64,000 bases of DNA, from positions 273,026 through 337,025 of the forward strand of contig CAVUEQ010000001.1 in assembly GCA_963740635.1 (NCBI GenBank), in the 5' to 3' direction. This document shows positions 62,677 to 64,000 of this stretch, piece by piece. Within the stretch, counting starts at the first letter, position 1, and each line of letters begins with the position of its first letter. This DNA comes from an uncultured bacterium (GTDB lineage Bacteria; Patescibacteriota; Saccharimonadia; UBA4664). A program made the translations under genes and the position numbers. Under the pieces are notes generated by a model that searched no databases, was not told the origin of the DNA, and saw nothing but the letters and a program-made list of their open reading frames with translations.

Positions 62677-64000
62677 CTATAGGTACTGAGCGATGAGCGC
62701 GCTCTTGCTCTGAAGTATTTCGGCCGGGGTACCTTCGAACATAATTTTGCCGCCGGCGTTGCCGCCCTCGGGGCCGAGGTCGATGATCCAGTCGGCTTGG
62801 CGGATGACTTCCTGGTTGTGTTCGATGGTGATGACGGTGTTGTTGGCGTCGACGAGCCGGTTGATGATGGTGTGCAGGCGGGAGATGTCGGACATGTGCA
62901 GGCCGGTTGTGGGCTCGTCGAGGACGTAAATGCTGCCTTTTTTGTGGAGCTCACTGGCTAGCTTAATGCGCTGGCACTCCCCTCCCGATAGTGAGCTGAG
63001 GGGCTGGCCGAGGGTGAGGTAATCGAGGCCGACTTCGCTTAGGGCCGCGAGCTTTTTGGCGATTTCCTTGAGATCGAAGAACTCGATGGACTGGGCGACG
63101 GTGAGCTCCAAGACTTCAGAGATATTTTTGCCGTTGTACTTATATTCCAACACCTCCGGCTTGAAGCGCTTGCCCTCGCAGATTTCGCAGGGCAGTTTGG
63201 CATCATCGAGGAAGGCCAGGTCGGTGGTGACGAAGCCGGCGCCACGGCAGTTGTCGCAGGCACCTTTGGAATTGAAGCTGAAGAGCGCGATGTCGGCCTT
63301 GTTGGTCGTGGCGAAAGCTTTGCGAATGACGTCCATGATGCCGGTGTAGGTGGCGGGATTGGAGCGGGTGGACACACCGATGCCCGATTGGTCGACCACG
63401 ATGGCTTCGGGGTGTTGGCGCAAGAAGACCTGGTTGATGAGCGAGCTTTTGCCGGAGCCGGCGACGCCGGTGATCACGGTGAACACGCCGGTGGGGATGT
63501 CGAGGTCGATGTGCTGCAAGTTGTTGGCGTGGGCGTCGCGGATTTCTAATTTGCCGGTGGGCTGGCGGAAGTTGGCCTTGATGGGTGACTTATCTTTTAA
63601 GTGGCGGCCGGTGAGGGTATCAGCTTTGAGCAGGTCTTTATAGATGCCTTCGAATACTATCTCGCCGCCCTTGCTGCCGGCCATTGGACCGATATCGACG
63701 ATATGGTCGGCGGCCTGGATGACGTCTGGGTCGTGCTCGACTACGAGGACAGTATTGCCGGTATCGCGGAGTTTTTGCAGTAACTCGTTCAGGCGATGAA
63801 CGTCGCGCGGGTGCAAGCCAACGCTGGGCTCGTCGAAGATGTACATAACGTCGACCAGGCTGCCGTTTAGGTGCTTGACCATTTTGACCCGCTGGGACTC
63901 GCCGCCGGATAGGGTGTCAGTCACGCGGTCGAGGCTGAGGTAGCCCAGGCCGATATCGACGAGGTTGCTCAAGCGGTCGTGCAGGGTGGCGACGATGGCC
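62677..64000 (-). CDS. UvrA-like ABC ATPase (excinuclease-A paralog); 5' end beyond the window
   Basis: The frame is open to the window edge. It has two ABC signatures (LSGGESQRVKM and LSGGECQRIKL), Walker A GVAGSGKSS, and a zinc module CDNC...CEIC. Confidence 0.85.
   Translation of the reverse strand, partial: AIVATLHDRLSNLVDIGLGYLSLDRVTDTLSGGESQRVKMVKHLNGSLVDVMYIFDEPSVGLHPRDVHRLNELLQKLRDTGNTVLVVEHDPDVIQAADHIVDIGPMAGSKGGEIVFEGIYKDLLKADTLTGRHLKDKSPIKANFRQPTGKLEIRDAHANNLQHIDLDIPTGVFTVITGVAGSGKSSLINQVFLRQHPEAIVVDQSGIGVSTRSNPATYTGIMDVIRKAFATTNKADIALFSFNSKGACDNCRGAGFVTTDLAFLDDAKLPCEICEGKRFKPEVLEYKYNGKNISEVLELTVAQSIEFFDLKEIAKKLAALSEVGLDYLTLGQPLSSLSGGECQRIKLASELHKKGSIYVLDEPTTGLHMSDISRLHTIINRLVDANNTVITIEHNQEVIRQADWIIDLGPEGGNAGGKIMFEGTPAEILQSKSALIAQYL

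Overview
This is a densely coded, high-GC bacterial chromosomal segment. By-eye counts of core genes give about 60-62% GC. I support roughly 70 protein genes, one tRNA-Leu(CAA), one SAM-I-like riboswitch and several terminators, promoters and operators. All calls come from reading the translated ORFs and the DNA by eye. No homology search, HMM or covariance model was run, so family names are motif-level recognitions and many start codons are re-assigned and uncertain.

Housekeeping content includes mreB, ppsA, metK, eno, zwf, a frameshifted gpmA, pyrB, corA, mscL, a fused otsA/otsB, ku and ligD (NHEJ), mpg and a UvrA paralog. The envelope and secretion genes look monoderm-like: a sortase, a MarP-like protease, a TagA/WecB transferase, DUF2207, an SH3b protein and a GH16 glucanase. 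I cannot resolve the phylum; Actinomycetota-like and Patescibacteria-like are both compatible.

Lower-GC accessory patches interrupt the core. They include two paralogous RHH/RelE toxin-antitoxin pairs, a cassette wedged between ku and ligD, and a tRNA-Leu-adjacent stretch. No CRISPR array, integrase or transposase is visible.

Best candidates for something undescribed:
1. A DUF1704/MATCAP-like HExxH peptidase sits divergently next to two ATP-grasp ligases (50.4-54.1 kb).
2. A processive GT2 synthase is translationally coupled to a membrane-anchored GH18 chitinase with two chitin-binding modules, and the pair is flanked by gene remnants (55.7-60.3 kb).
3. A secreted, extremely Asn/Tyr-rich low-complexity protein with a Cys-rich tail (24.1-25.3 kb).

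Other notable points are a compact SAM-I riboswitch whose 3' part contains the metK Shine-Dalgarno, a recurrent leaderless-promoter geometry, pseudogenes (gpmA, hpt, an SRPBCC fragment, a RelE-like toxin), and a 22-nt duplication of the tRNA-Leu 3' end.
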